Both the position numbers and the translations under genes were made by a program. A DNA stretch of 64,000 bases from an uncultured Gammaproteobacteria bacterium (lineage in GTDB: Bacteria > Patescibacteriota > Microgenomatia > 2-02-FULL-39-11), in the NCBI GenBank assembly GCA_964544585.1, contig CAZJBV010000002.1, forward strand, positions 131,468 through 195,467, in the 5' to 3' direction. A model generated the notes under the pieces. The model ran no database searches. It had not been told where the DNA came from and saw nothing but the letters and a program-made list of their open reading frames with translations. Within the stretch, counting starts at the first letter, position 1. Every line of letters begins with the position of its first letter. Positions 20,254 through 30,480 of the stretch are shown here, piece by piece.

Positions 20254-20934
20254 GTGAAATCTCGTTCTAAACTGACTATTCTCGCGATTTCAATTATTTT
20301 CCTCACAGGAATTCTTTTCGTTATCTCCTCATTACGCCTCAAGCAAGTTTTTGTCATCACATCCGATAAAAACATTGCCGGCCTAAAAATACTAAAAAGC
20401 GAAAATCTCCTTTTTGTTAACGAGGAAAATATCAAGAAAAACCTATTAGACAAGAATCCCTGGATAGAGGAAGTTAACATTACAAAGAAATTGCCAGACA
20501 AACTTTTTATTTCCTTAAAACAAAGAAAACCAAAAATATATATCAAAAGCCTATCAGAAATATATCAGGTAGCAGAAGATGGCACCATTCTTGATATTAA
20601 AAAAGACGGTGAAAGTTTCGATTTACCCCTAATCAACATTGATGGATTAATCGTCAAAAAAGGAGACAAGCTTCCCAGTCCCATTAAAAATCTCGTTTCT
20701 TTTGTTATTTCTGATATTAGAAGCATAAAAATTTCTTCTTCAAACCTTGATTTAAAAACCCAGATCGCCACTATTGTTCTTAACGACGAAACAAAAATAA
20801 CCGTTCCCTTACATAATTTAGATCCAAACTTTCCCACCTCTTTACAAACAATCGTTGAGAGATTTAGAATAGAGGGTAAGTCATTAGCGGGCATAGATTT
20901 TCGTTTCGAAAAACCCGTTATCACATTTAAATAA
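20254..20934 (+). CDS. ftsQ: FtsQ/DivIB-like cell division protein (POTRA domain)
   Basis: GTG start, N-terminal TM segment, POTRA-like region. Position between murG and ftsA. Confidence 0.55.
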   Translation: MKSRSKLTILAISIIFLTGILFVISSLRLKQVFVITSDKNIAGLKILKSENLLFVNEENIKKNLLDKNPWIEEVNITKKLPDKLFISLKQRKPKIYIKSLSEIYQVAEDGTILDIKKDGESFDLPLINIDGLIVKKGDKLPSPIKNLVSFVISDIRSIKISSSNLDLKTQIATIVLNDETKITVPLHNLDPNFPTSLQTIVERFRIEGKSLAGIDFRFEKPVITFK

Positions 20935-20938
20935 ATAA

Positions 20939-22246
20939 ATGATGAAGCAAAAAGTCTTGGCGGGAATTGACATCGGAACATCAAAAGTAACCACAATTAT
21001 TGCCACATCGCCTCCAGACGGCCTAGTCAACGTCATGGGTGTAGCCACAGTCGAAAGTAAAGGCCTTCGTAAAGGTCAAGTAGTGGATATCGAAGATGCA
21101 ACCAGTTCTATCGTAGAAAGCCTGGAGGCAGCAGAAAGGATGGCGGGGTATTCAATTTCCGGCGCCTATCTCACCGTGGGAGGCGCCCACATTACTTCTC
21201 AGAATTCTCATGGAGTCGTGGCCGTTGCCGAACCACAAAAAGAGATAAATAGAGTCGATATAAGACGAGCAATAGACGCGGCCAAGGCAGTCCAGCTTCC
21301 CTCAACTCGAGAAATTCTCCACGTTTTACCTCGTGAATTTATTGTCGACTCTCAAGAAGGCATAAAAGATCCAGTCGGTATGACCGGAGTTCGACTCGAA
21401 GTAAATACTCATCTTATTACAGCCGGGATGACCGCCTTGCGAAATTTGGAAAAATGCGCCTCTCTCGTCGGCGTCGACGTCGAAGGATTTGTCTTTGGAG
21501 GACTAGCAAGTAGCATTTCAGTTCTTACCGAAACAGAAAAAGAACTCGGAGTAATACTCGTGGACATCGGTGGCGGAACAATTGATATATCGATCTATGT
21601 CGAAGGAGCACTGTCCTATTCATCAGTATTACCGATAGGCGCCAAAAATATTACCAATGATCTAGCCATCGGCCTCAGAGTATCACTCGAAAGCGCCGAA
21701 AAAATAAAGCTTGCCTTAAGTCGTGAACCTAAAGTTCTCACCTTGCCAGAGGAGCAACCTCACGAAAAAGATAAAAGGGGTAAAAGTGTCCCCGATGATA
21801 TTGATTTTTCTGAATTATCATTACCGGAGGGTGTCAAAAAGGTTTCCCGGAAGACCCTTATAGACGGAATAATTAAACCGAGGTTAAATGAAATATTTAC
21901 TATGGTCGGACTGGAATTAAAAAAAAGTGGTTTTGCCGGTATGACTCCGGCAGGTCTTGTAATCTGTGGCGGTGGAGCACTCACCACAGGTATCATCGAA
22001 ACCGCCAAAAGAAATCTTGCCATGCCAGTTCGGATCGGTGTACCAGGTAATATTTCCGGTCTTATTGACGAAATCCAGTCTCCATTGTATGCTTCTGCTG
22101 TGGGACTTCTTTTATACGGAGCCCAAGACCAGAAAGATCAAAATACCAGTCCTGCCCTCAAAAATTTCTCCGAGCTCACCCAAAAACTCCCCATAAAAGG
22201 GGTAGCGGGTAAAATCGTAGATATGGTAAAATCCTTCCTGCCTTAA
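20939..22246 (+). CDS. ftsA: Cell division protein FtsA
   Basis: Actin-fold signatures LAGIDIGTSKV and VDIGGGTIDISI. Confidence 0.85.
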   Translation: MMKQKVLAGIDIGTSKVTTIIATSPPDGLVNVMGVATVESKGLRKGQVVDIEDATSSIVESLEAAERMAGYSISGAYLTVGGAHITSQNSHGVVAVAEPQKEINRVDIRRAIDAAKAVQLPSTREILHVLPREFIVDSQEGIKDPVGMTGVRLEVNTHLITAGMTALRNLEKCASLVGVDVEGFVFGGLASSISVLTETEKELGVILVDIGGGTIDISIYVEGALSYSSVLPIGAKNITNDLAIGLRVSLESAEKIKLALSREPKVLTLPEEQPHEKDKRGKSVPDDIDFSELSLPEGVKKVSRKTLIDGIIKPRLNEIFTMVGLELKKSGFAGMTPAGLVICGGGALTTGIIETAKRNLAMPVRIGVPGNISGLIDEIQSPLYASAVGLLLYGAQDQKDQNTSPALKNFSELTQKLPIKGVAGKIVDMVKSFLP

Positions 22247-22257
22247 ATTGTTAAATT

Positions 22258-23367
22258 ATGCTCATCAAACCTGACATAGCCCGTTTTGCCAAAATTAAAG
22301 TCATCGGTATTGGTGGGGGAGGTTGTAACGCCGTAAATTCCATGATCACCACTTCCCAAATAAACGGTGTTGACTTCGTAGGAGTAAATACAGATGCTCA
22401 GGCTCTTCTTACCTCCCAAGCAAACACCAAAATCCAAATTGGAGAAAATCTCACCAAGGGCTTGGGTGCCGGAGGAAATCCCGAGATAGGCAGACAAGCA
22501 GGCGAGGAATCACGCGATAAAATAAAAGAAAATCTTATCGATGCAGACATGGTGTTTATTACCTGCGGGCAAGGTGGTGGTACAGGAACAGGTGCCGCCC
22601 CCATCATTGCTGAAATTGCCAAAGAGGTCGGTGCCCTCACCGTTGCCGTCGTCACTAAGCCATTTGCCTTTGAGGGATCTCGCCGCATGATGGCCGCAGA
22701 AGAAGGAGTTTTAAACCTCAGAGAAAAAGTCGATACCCTAATTGTTATCCCCAACCAGAGAATTCTCGACGTCGTCGACAAAAAAATGACTCTAATTGAA
22801 GCATTCCGTATTGTCGACTCCGTTCTTGGTCAAGGTGTCCAGGGTATATCAGATCTAATCACCATGCCCGGACTTATAAATGTCGATTTTGCTGATGTCC
22901 GGGCTATCATGAATAATGCCGGATCCGCCCTCATGGGAATAGGTACCGGAGTAGGCGAGAATAGGGCAACAGCCGCGGCCAGAATGGCAATTTCCTCACC
23001 CCTTCTTGAACTTTCCATCGATGGTGCCAAAGGAGTCTTATTTAATATAACCGGAGGCAGTGACCTGACCATGTCCGAAGTCGACGAAGCCTCAAAACTA
23101 ATTGCCTCAAGTGTCGACCCCGATGCCAACATCATCTTTGGCGCTACCATCGACGAGCAGATGGTCGACCAAATAAAAATAACCGTTGTCGCTACCGGAT
23201 TTGATGAGGCCAAGAAAAGGCTCGCCGATCTTTCCAGTAAAGTAGAATATAAGGAACAAACCCAAAGCCAGCTCCCCACAACAGTCATTCCTAATGGTTC
23301 CGACGAGCTTCCTCCCGAAGAAGACAAATGGGACATCCCCGCATTTTTAAGGCAAGGTAAAAATTAA
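22258..23367 (+). CDS. ftsZ: Cell division GTPase FtsZ
   Basis: [15 protein letters not shown] and the tubulin signature [10 protein letters not shown]. Confidence 0.95.
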   Translation: MLIKPDIARFAKIKVIGIGGGGCNAVNSMITTSQINGVDFVGVNTDAQALLTSQANTKIQIGENLTKGLGAGGNPEIGRQAGEESRDKIKENLIDADMVFITCGQGGGTGTGAAPIIAEIAKEVGALTVAVVTKPFAFEGSRRMMAAEEGVLNLREKVDTLIVIPNQRILDVVDKKMTLIEAFRIVDSVLGQGVQGISDLITMPGLINVDFADVRAIMNNAGSALMGIGTGVGENRATAAARMAISSPLLELSIDGAKGVLFNITGGSDLTMSEVDEASKLIASSVDPDANIIFGATIDEQMVDQIKITVVATGFDEAKKRLADLSSKVEYKEQTQSQLPTTVIPNGSDELPPEEDKWDIPAFLRQGKN

Positions 23368-23380
23368 CTAAGGACAAGTT

Positions 23381-23752
23381 TTAACTTCTGTTTAATACTT
23401 CTTCTAATTGATTTATCAATTTTTCCAAATGATTAATATTTTTTTCCCATCCAGAACTTCTACCTTCCGCTAGTCTTCTACAAGAAAGCAAAGCTAATTT
23501 ATAAGCTTGAGAAGCTATTGGATAACTGCCAATTGCTTCAAATGCTCCGCCTGCTGCATTAAAAGCACCATATGCTTTTAGATCCCATTCTACTTGCCCA
23601 GTGCGTTCGTATAATATATTAGCTATATTTCCTTTTTTAAATAATGCATCAGCCATTATGGGAAATAAATCCTGCCCGCCACGAAAAGCTTCTTTAGCAA
23701 TGCCTTCATTTTTTCTATATTCCGCTTCCAAGATCACTCTTTCGTTTTCCAT
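23381..23752 (-). CDS. Hypothetical protein
   Basis: 123-aa ORF with no recognisable motif. Fills the gap between ftsZ and ileS. Confidence 0.35.
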   Translation of the reverse strand: MENERVILEAEYRKNEGIAKEAFRGGQDLFPIMADALFKKGNIANILYERTGQVEWDLKAYGAFNAAGGAFEAIGSYPIASQAYKLALLSCRRLAEGRSSGWEKNINHLEKLINQLEEVLNRS

Positions 23753-23884
23753 ACAATATTTATATCATTACAATATTTAATTCGTCTGCAATCAATCACC
23801 TACTCTTTCTTTCTACCCCCTTTGCTATTTCTATCATTTGAATTGTAGCATAATTTACTCATTTTCTGTAAAATAAAGCCTATT

Positions 23885-26719
23885 ATGAGTTTTAAGCCAG
23901 TTTCGCCGCAGGTAAATTTTCCCGCACTTGAGGAAGAAATCCTCAAATATTGGAAAGAAAATAAAATATTTGAAAAATCTGTAGAAAGTCGTCCTGAAGA
24001 TAAAATTTGGACATTTCTGGATGGTCCTCCTTTTATTACAGGCACACCCCATTACGGCTCACTTTTATCAAGTATCCCCAAGGACGTTTTCCCCAGATTC
24101 TGGACCATGAAAGGCTACAGAGTCCGCCGCGTCTGGGGCTGGGACTGTCACGGTCTTCCGGCCGAAAACAAAGTCGAGACATCATTGGGGCTAAAATCAA
24201 AAAGAGAAATAGAAGAGAAAGTCGGCGTCAAAAAGTTCATCGAAGAATGTAAACGCTATGTCTCGACCACATCATCGGAATGGGATTGGTATATAGATCA
24301 CATTGGCCGTTGGGTCGATTTTAAAAATGCCTATAAAACCATGGATCTGCCTTATATGGAAACAGTCATGTGGGTTTTTAAGCAAATATATGACAAGGGA
24401 TATATCTATAAAGGTCTGCGGGTCTCTCTTTACTGTCCCCACTGCGCCACACCGATCTCCAATTTTGAAGTAGCAATGGACGCTGACAACTATAAAGAAA
24501 TAACAGAACCGGCAAACGTTTATAAATATAAATTAAAAAATGAGCAAAATACGTTTATTCTTGCTTGGTCAACAACACCATGGAATAAAATTGTGACCCC
24601 AGCTCTCGCTGTCAACCCCAAGCTAACCTATGTAAAAGTGAAACAGGGGAAAGAATATTATATTTTAGCTAAAGATACACAACGCATGTTGAAAGACGAA
24701 CCGTATAAAATTCTTCAAGAATTTCCCGGTGCATCATTAGTTGGGAAAAAATTCGAGCGGCATTTTGACTTTTATGAAATTGAGAAAGGAAAAAAGGGCG
24801 AAGTAATTATTCCTGGTGACTTTGTAACAGCAGAGGAAGGAACAGGAGTAGTGACAATTGCCGCATATGGAGAAGAAGATTTAGCAGTATCGCTGAAAGA
24901 AAATATACAAATTGTTCTTCAATTGGATGAAGAAGGATATTTGAAAGATTTTGTTCCGAAATGGGGAGGGATGTATTATCTAAAAGCCGATAAATACGTG
25001 AACGAAGATTTAGCAGGAAGAGGACTAATGTATCGTGAAGATCCTTACACACATACTGTACCCACATGTTGGCGTTGTCATACAAGACTTATCTATGCAC
25101 CTCAAGACGCCTGGTACGTCGACATTCAAAAACTTAAGCCCCTCCTTTTTAAAACAAATAAAAAAATAAATTGGTTTCCCAAACACTTTAAATACGGCCG
25201 ATTTCAAAAAAGCATGGAATTTGCTCCCGACTGGAACATATCAAGAAGTAGGTATTGGGGTTCTCCCGTTCCCGTCTGGGAATGTAGTCCGCCATCTGGT
25301 GGATGTGGTGAACGCTTTGTTCCCGGCTCAATTAAAGAGTTAGAAGAAGCCGCAGGCCAAAAAATAAACGACCTCCATAAGCCAGAAATAGACGATATCA
25401 AAATCACCTGCCAAAAATGTGGCAAAAAGGTTAGTAGAGTCCCGGAGGTTTTGGATAGTTGGATTGAGGCAGGGTCCGCCTCGTTTGCCGAGCGTCATTT
25501 TCCCTTTGAAAAAAAAATCAAACTCGAAGACTTTTTTCCTCCGGATTTTATCGCCGAATATACAGGCCAAATCCGCGCCTGGTTTTATGTCCTCCATGTA
25601 ATCGGCGCAGCCCTTTATAGATCTCCTGCATTCAAAAATGTCCTCGTCGAAGGAGTGATCCTTGGTACCGATGGCAGAAAAATGAGTAAAAATTATGGAA
25701 ATTACCCAGATCCTAGGCAACTTCTGCAAGAATACGGCGGCGACGCCTTAAGGCTTTATCTTCTTGGTTCACCCGTCATGAAAGGAGAAGACATCAGGAT
25801 TTCCGAAGAAGACTATCGCAATCAACTCCGCGGCCTGATGCTCATCCTCTGGAATGTCTATAACTTTTTTATAACCTATGCCAACGTCGATAAATGGAAA
25901 CCTCCTGCTCACTACAAACTACAAACTACAAACTACAAACTAGCCATACTCGATCGCTGGATTCTATCGCGACTACAAAAACTGATAGAAAATTTGACTC
26001 AAAAGTATGAAAATTTCAATACTATAGATGCTGTTACCAACTTGGATTTATTCATTCAGGAGCTCTCTACTTGGTATATCAGACGAAGTCGAGATAGAGT
26101 CGGTCCAACTGTTGGAAACCAAAGCGATAAAAATGCATTTTATTCAACATCATATTATATTCTGACGACGCTTTGTCAGCTCGCCGCACCCCTCATTCCT
26201 TTCCTTACCGATTCAATGTATAGAAACCTGACAGACAGTGAATCAGTCCACCTCAGCTCTTTTCCGGCTATCGATAAAAAATATATTTATCAAAAACTTG
26301 AAGAAGAAATGACTCTTGCCCTAAAAATTGTCGAAAAAGCGCACGCTCAAAGAAAAGAAGCAAAAATAAAAGTCCGCCAACCATTATTATCTTTATTTAC
26401 TGTCACAGCAGAACCTTTATCAAATGAGGTTTTACAAATTATTTCCAAAGAAATAAATGTCAAAGAGATAAAAAATAAAAAGGGAGAAACACTATCAGTT
26501 AGACTGGATAAAACAATTACCCCAGAGTTAAAAAAAGAGGGTGAAGCCAGAGAACTAGTAAGACAAATTCAATTAAGACGAAAAGAAATAGGATGCAAAA
26601 TCGACCAAAAGGTAATAGTCACCCTTCCTTCATGGCCAAAGGAGTTTGAAGAATATATTAAAAATGAAGTTCTGGCACAAAAACTAGAAAAAGGTAATCA
26701 ACTTGAGGTTAAATTTTGA
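23885..26719 (+). CDS. ileS: Isoleucine--tRNA ligase
   Basis: Class I HIGH-type motif region PPFITGTPHYGS, GWDCHGLP and KMSKN. Editing domain present. Contains a tandem heptanucleotide repeat at 25911-25938. Confidence 0.8.
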   Translation: MSFKPVSPQVNFPALEEEILKYWKENKIFEKSVESRPEDKIWTFLDGPPFITGTPHYGSLLSSIPKDVFPRFWTMKGYRVRRVWGWDCHGLPAENKVETSLGLKSKREIEEKVGVKKFIEECKRYVSTTSSEWDWYIDHIGRWVDFKNAYKTMDLPYMETVMWVFKQIYDKGYIYKGLRVSLYCPHCATPISNFEVAMDADNYKEITEPANVYKYKLKNEQNTFILAWSTTPWNKIVTPALAVNPKLTYVKVKQGKEYYILAKDTQRMLKDEPYKILQEFPGASLVGKKFERHFDFYEIEKGKKGEVIIPGDFVTAEEGTGVVTIAAYGEEDLAVSLKENIQIVLQLDEEGYLKDFVPKWGGMYYLKADKYVNEDLAGRGLMYREDPYTHTVPTCWRCHTRLIYAPQDAWYVDIQKLKPLLFKTNKKINWFPKHFKYGRFQKSMEFAPDWNISRSRYWGSPVPVWECSPPSGGCGERFVPGSIKELEEAAGQKINDLHKPEIDDIKITCQKCGKKVSRVPEVLDSWIEAGSASFAERHFPFEKKIKLEDFFPPDFIAEYTGQIRAWFYVLHVIGAALYRSPAFKNVLVEGVILGTDGRKMSKNYGNYPDPRQLLQEYGGDALRLYLLGSPVMKGEDIRISEEDYRNQLRGLMLILWNVYNFFITYANVDKWKPPAHYKLQTTNYKLAILDRWILSRLQKLIENLTQKYENFNTIDAVTNLDLFIQELSTWYIRRSRDRVGPTVGNQSDKNAFYSTSYYILTTLCQLAAPLIPFLTDSMYRNLTDSESVHLSSFPAIDKKYIYQKLEEEMTLALKIVEKAHAQRKEAKIKVRQPLLSLFTVTAEPLSNEVLQIISKEINVKEIKNKKGETLSVRLDKTITPELKKEGEARELVRQIQLRRKEIGCKIDQKVIVTLPSWPKEFEEYIKNEVLAQKLEKGNQLEVKF

Positions 26720-27767
26720 TCCTATACTCGTCCTTTCACTTGCTGGACTGTCCGGCTTTTCTCTTGCGGTAATTGCCAGTACAAACCCTAAATTATTTCC
26801 CAGCCAATTAATTTTTTTCTTACTCAGTGCTGGACTCTATATTATTTTCGCTAGACTTGACTATCGCGTTTATAAACCTCTCCTTGGTTTTCTCTATTTA
26901 GTTTCAGTAATAAGCCTCATCATTCCATTTATCGGTCCGGAAATAAGGGGCGCTCAAAGATGGATCGATATTTTGGGTTTTCGACTCCAAACTTCAGAAG
27001 TGGTTAAACCCGCAATCTTTGTTATCCTTGCCCAAATTCTTTCCCAAACAAAATTCCTTCACCTACCGTCAAAATTAGCCGCAGGCCTAGCCATTAGTCT
27101 TCCCATTCTTATTATTTTCAAACAACCCGATCTTGGAAACGTCATTGTTTACTTGGGAGTATTCGTCCTTCTTTTAATCGCAAGAGGGATAAAGATTCGC
27201 AATATTCTTAGTTTGGCCATTGTATCTGTTCTCTTCTTTCCCTTAATTTGGAATAATTTAGCAGAATATCAGAAATTAAGAATCATCACATTTTTAGATC
27301 CAGGAGCTGATCCTGCCGGAGCAGGATACAACGCCTTGCAGTCAACGATTGCCATCGGGTCGGGTGGGATTTTCGGCTTGGGTTTAGGCAGAGGAACACA
27401 GAGTCATTTAAGATTTTTGCCGGAATTTCATACAGATTTTGCTTTTGCCTCGCAAATTGAAGAATTTGGTTTTATCTCAGGAATATTTATTCTCGCCTGT
27501 TATTTCATCCTTTTGTTTAGACTTCTTCTCATTGCTAGACAGACGGCAGATTCATTTGGAAGGCTTATAGTTATTGCACTCTTTTCTCAAATTATTATCC
27601 AGCTATTTATTAATATTGGCATGAATATTGGTATCCTTCCCGTGACCGGTATTACCCTGCCATTCCTATCTTATGGTGGAAGCTCAATAATTGGACTTTC
27701 CATCGCCTTGGGTCTTGTATACTCTGTAGACTCACAAAACGTTGGGAAACCACTTGTTGTAGCCTAA
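26703..27767 (+). CDS. rodA: SEDS-family protein RodA/FtsW paralogue
   Basis: GAQRWIDILGFRLQTSEVVKPA and the PFLSYGGSS C-terminal SEDS motif. Confidence 0.7.
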   Translation: MRLNFDPILVLSLAGLSGFSLAVIASTNPKLFPSQLIFFLLSAGLYIIFARLDYRVYKPLLGFLYLVSVISLIIPFIGPEIRGAQRWIDILGFRLQTSEVVKPAIFVILAQILSQTKFLHLPSKLAAGLAISLPILIIFKQPDLGNVIVYLGVFVLLLIARGIKIRNILSLAIVSVLFFPLIWNNLAEYQKLRIITFLDPGADPAGAGYNALQSTIAIGSGGIFGLGLGRGTQSHLRFLPEFHTDFAFASQIEEFGFISGIFILACYFILLFRLLLIARQTADSFGRLIVIALFSQIIIQLFINIGMNIGILPVTGITLPFLSYGGSSIIGLSIALGLVYSVDSQNVGKPLVVA

Positions 27768-27792
27768 AGATTTTTGCTATAATTACACGTCT

Positions 27793-28137
27793 ATGTATGC
27801 AGTAATCGATATTGCAGGGAAACAATACAAAGTTTCACCAGAAGACAAAATAACCACGGAAAAAATAGAGGGAGCATTGGGAGATAAATTACTCTTTGAT
27901 AAAATCCTGCTTGTCAAAGATGGAGAATCAATCCTTTTTGGCACACCCTATATAAATGGTTTTAGAGTAAATGGACAAATTGTTTCTCAGACAAAAAGCG
28001 AAAAGATAAAAGTATCAAAATTCAAAGCAAAAGTTCGTTACAGAAAAACAACAGGATATCGCCCAAAGCTGACAGAAATAAAAATATTGTCACTGGTAAG
28101 ACCTAGAAAGAGCCAGTTGACAACCGTGAAAAAATAA
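27793..28137 (+). CDS. rplU: 50S ribosomal protein L21
   Basis: MYAVIDIAGKQYKVSPEDKI N-terminus. Confidence 0.9.
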   Translation: MYAVIDIAGKQYKVSPEDKITTEKIEGALGDKLLFDKILLVKDGESILFGTPYINGFRVNGQIVSQTKSEKIKVSKFKAKVRYRKTTGYRPKLTEIKILSLVRPRKSQLTTVKK

Positions 28138-28206
28138 AGTACCCTTTTCACAGTAAATTGCACTTCTGGAATTTAAAATTTGAAATTTATAATTTAAAAT
28201 TATTTT

Positions 28207-28452
28207 ATGGCCCATGTTAAAGCAGGAGCTACGACCAAAGGCAATAGAGATGCAGTCGGAAAAAGGCTGGGAGTAAAAATCTTCGGCGGGGCAAGTGCCC
28301 TGCCTGGTAATATTATCATCCGCCAAAGAGGAACCAGATATTTCCCAGGCGATGGAGTAAAAATGGGTCGGGATTTTACCATCTTTGCCGTTAAAAAGGG
28401 AATTGTTGCCTTTAAAACAAAACACGAAAAGCAGTACGTTGCTGTGATTTAA
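28207..28452 (+). CDS. rpmA: 50S ribosomal protein L27
   Basis: MAHVKAGATTKGNRDAVGKRLGVKIFGG. Confidence 0.9.
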   Translation: MAHVKAGATTKGNRDAVGKRLGVKIFGGASALPGNIIIRQRGTRYFPGDGVKMGRDFTIFAVKKGIVAFKTKHEKQYVAVI

Positions 28453-28466
28453 AATGATATAATACT

Positions 28467-29288
28467 ATGCAAACAACACCTCACGGCATGGAAATATTGG
28501 AAATTGACATAAACGAACTCCAACCAAATCCTCTCCAAGTAAGAGCTGTTATAAAATCCGAAAGCCTAGTTGATCTAGTCGAATCAATCAAAGAACACGG
28601 CGTTTTAGAGCCATTGGTTGTTGCTAAAACTCCGGCCGGCTACCAAATAGTTGCCGGTGAGCGCCGCTGGAGGGCCGCAAAAATAGTCGGTCTCAAAAAA
28701 CTTCCGGTGATAGTCAAGGAAACTACAGCTCAGGGAATGCTCGAACTGGCGCTGGTCGAAAATGTGCAAAGAGAAGATCTCAACGCCATCGAAAGAGCTC
28801 AGGGATTCCAAAGACTGCTCGATGAATTTGGACTTGGTGTCACTGAAATTTCTAAAAGAATCGGCAAAAGCCCAGCCTATGTTTCCAATACATTAAGACT
28901 TCTTTCCCTCCCCGATGCCATAAAAGACGGAATCATTTCTGGTCAAATATCAGAAGGTCACGCTCGTGCTATAGCAGGCCTAGGCGATCCAAAACTCATG
29001 GTGGAGGCCTTCAAAACCATCCTCGCCGAAGGAGCATCAGTCAGAAAAGCAGAAGAGCTTTCCCGAAAAATTAAGACATCTCTCCTTCACGGACCGAGGT
29101 CGGCAGTAGAACACATTTTTTCTTCAGAAATGGAAGATTTTGCCGAAAAAATAGGAAAATTGTTAGGCGCAACAGCATCTATTGTCCAGACTAAAAGCCG
29201 TGCCGTTGTTAAAATGACATTTGAAGGAGGAGTTCCCGAGACGACCCAAAAGATACATGATTTTTTTCAAAAGATTAACGTCTCTTAA
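28467..29288 (+). CDS. parB: ParB/Spo0J chromosome partitioning protein
   Basis: ParB box VAGERRWRAAKIVGLKKLPVIV and an HTH region. Confidence 0.8.
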   Translation: MQTTPHGMEILEIDINELQPNPLQVRAVIKSESLVDLVESIKEHGVLEPLVVAKTPAGYQIVAGERRWRAAKIVGLKKLPVIVKETTAQGMLELALVENVQREDLNAIERAQGFQRLLDEFGLGVTEISKRIGKSPAYVSNTLRLLSLPDAIKDGIISGQISEGHARAIAGLGDPKLMVEAFKTILAEGASVRKAEELSRKIKTSLLHGPRSAVEHIFSSEMEDFAEKIGKLLGATASIVQTKSRAVVKMTFEGGVPETTQKIHDFFQKINVS

Positions 29289-29290
29289 AA

Positions 29291-29854
29291 CTAATTCTCC
29301 GAAGAATAACTAATCGTAGCCAGTTTACCTAAACGCTGTGGAGGCCAATAGCGGAAAAATGCCCTCCCTACAATTTTCGCCTCGTCTACAGGTCCAAATT
29401 CTCTAGAATCAGAAGAATGAAAGCGATTGTCACCGAGGACAAAATAGTGACCCTCGGCAACCGTAATATCCAATCCTTCACTCATAAAGCCATTTCCTAA
29501 GATTGTCGTTTTATCAGGTTCATAAGCCTCTGCTAATTTTTGTCCATTGACGTATACTACACCAGCTTCTATTCTCACCGTTTCGCCAGGCAAAGCTATA
29601 ACTCTTTTAATGTAGTCAATATCTGGATTTTCCGGTGACTCAAACACTATTACATCTCCACGATTAGGTGTATTAAATTTATATGATATTTTATCTGTCA
29701 ATATATACTCGCCACTATGAAAATTTGGCAGCATCGAATCTCCCTTGACTTCATGTGGCTGCATCAGGAAAAGATAAATAACCACAAATATCGATGCACC
29801 GACGACAATCGTCTCTAAAAAATCCAAAAAAAATGTCCCTATCTTTTTCAGCAT
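29291..29854 (-). CDS. lepB: Signal peptidase I
   Basis: GDSMLPNF (catalytic-Ser box), a catalytic-Lys box and the GDNRFHSSDSR box. The ORF-track start at 29899 lies inside a palindromic element, so the internal ATG at 29854 is preferred. Confidence 0.8.
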   Translation of the reverse strand: MLKKIGTFFLDFLETIVVGASIFVVIYLFLMQPHEVKGDSMLPNFHSGEYILTDKISYKFNTPNRGDVIVFESPENPDIDYIKRVIALPGETVRIEAGVVYVNGQKLAEAYEPDKTTILGNGFMSEGLDITVAEGHYFVLGDNRFHSSDSREFGPVDEAKIVGRAFFRYWPPQRLGKLATISYSSEN

Positions 29855-29862
29855 ACTTAAAC

Positions 29863-29914
29863 CACCTCGGATGGTGGCAGTCCGCCATCTAGCGGACATG
29901 ACTCCTCCGAGGTG
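29863..29914. repeat. GC-rich palindromic element at the lepB 5' end
   Basis: cacctcggatggtgg ... ctcctccgaggtg arms (9-bp stem) with a nested ccgcc..gcgg palindrome in the loop. Confidence 0.65.
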
Positions 29915-29986
29915 AAGGAATCAGAACTATGGTAGATCTATAATTTAAGTGTAGTGGTATAATAAAAAACTGTCAAGGAAAAAATA

Positions 29987-30063
29987 GGACGCATAGCTCA
30001 GATGGCTAGAGCGTTGCATTCACATTGCAAAGGTCCCAGGTTCAAGTCCTGGTGCGTCCACCA
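29987..30063 (+). tRNA. tRNA-Val (anticodon CAC), with encoded CCA
   Basis: Hand-folded cloverleaf: acceptor ggacgca/tgcgtcc, D arm gctc..gagc, anticodon loop ttCACat, T arm ccagg-ttcaagt-cctgg, 3' CCA present. Confidence 0.85.
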
Positions 30064-30149
30064 AAAAAGAAAAGCTTGTTAAAAAATTTAAAAAAAAGAA
30101 AAAAAAAGGGGAAATAGGGCTATAATAAAAGCCTCTATAAAAAAAGGAA

Positions 30150-30344
30150 TTACGTTATTCTATTAAACGCTCTCCAGAAAGCTTCCTTTACATCTTCTAC
30201 AAAGTCTTCTCCTCGTTCGGTTAGAGCCTCCATATGCGAATTATAAAGCCCAGAAGACGCCAGATGTTGAGATTTTCCCATCTCATCAGCGGCTTCATAT
30301 CCGCATATCGGACATGTCCAATTCTCCATAAGTACCTTCCTCAC
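30150..30344 (-). CDS. Hypothetical small protein
   Basis: 64-aa ORF with a single CPIC motif and no other signal. Confidence 0.3.
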   Translation of the reverse strand: MRKVLMENWTCPICGYEAADEMGKSQHLASSGLYNSHMEALTERGEDFVEDVKEAFWRAFNRIT

Positions 30345-30435
30345 CCCCTTCCAAAAAATTTATAAATTAAACTATATTACCCGAAACTAATCAAGTAATC
30401 AATAAGAGAATTGTAAGAGGTTTGTAAGTGACATA

Positions 30436-30477
30436 GACACCTCCGAGGTGTGCGAATGCACTCCTCGGATGGTGGAG
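30436..30477. repeat. GC-rich palindromic element just past the stop of the convergent secreted-protein gene
   Basis: gacacctccgaggtg-tgcgaatgca-ctcctcggatggtgg. Same arms as the large elements, with a short loop. Confidence 0.7.
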
Positions 30478-30480
30478 GCT

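Noticed and set aside
21760-22196. ORFs 21760-22023 (minus) and 21966-22196 (plus, other frame) within ftsA
   Set aside because: Embedded in FtsA coding sequence. No independent support.
24007-25729. Multiple short ORFs on both strands inside ileS (24007-24252, 24807-25085, 25025-25207, 25204-25425, 25340-25729, 25419-25601)
   Set aside because: All overlap the 944-aa IleS ORF, which has class I synthetase motifs throughout.
30064-30149. A/T-rich tract after tRNA-Val (aaaaagaaaagcttgttaaaaaatttaaaaaaaagaaaaaaaaaggggaaatag…)
   Set aside because: Low-complexity spacer. No hairpin, repeat unit or coding potential that could be supported.
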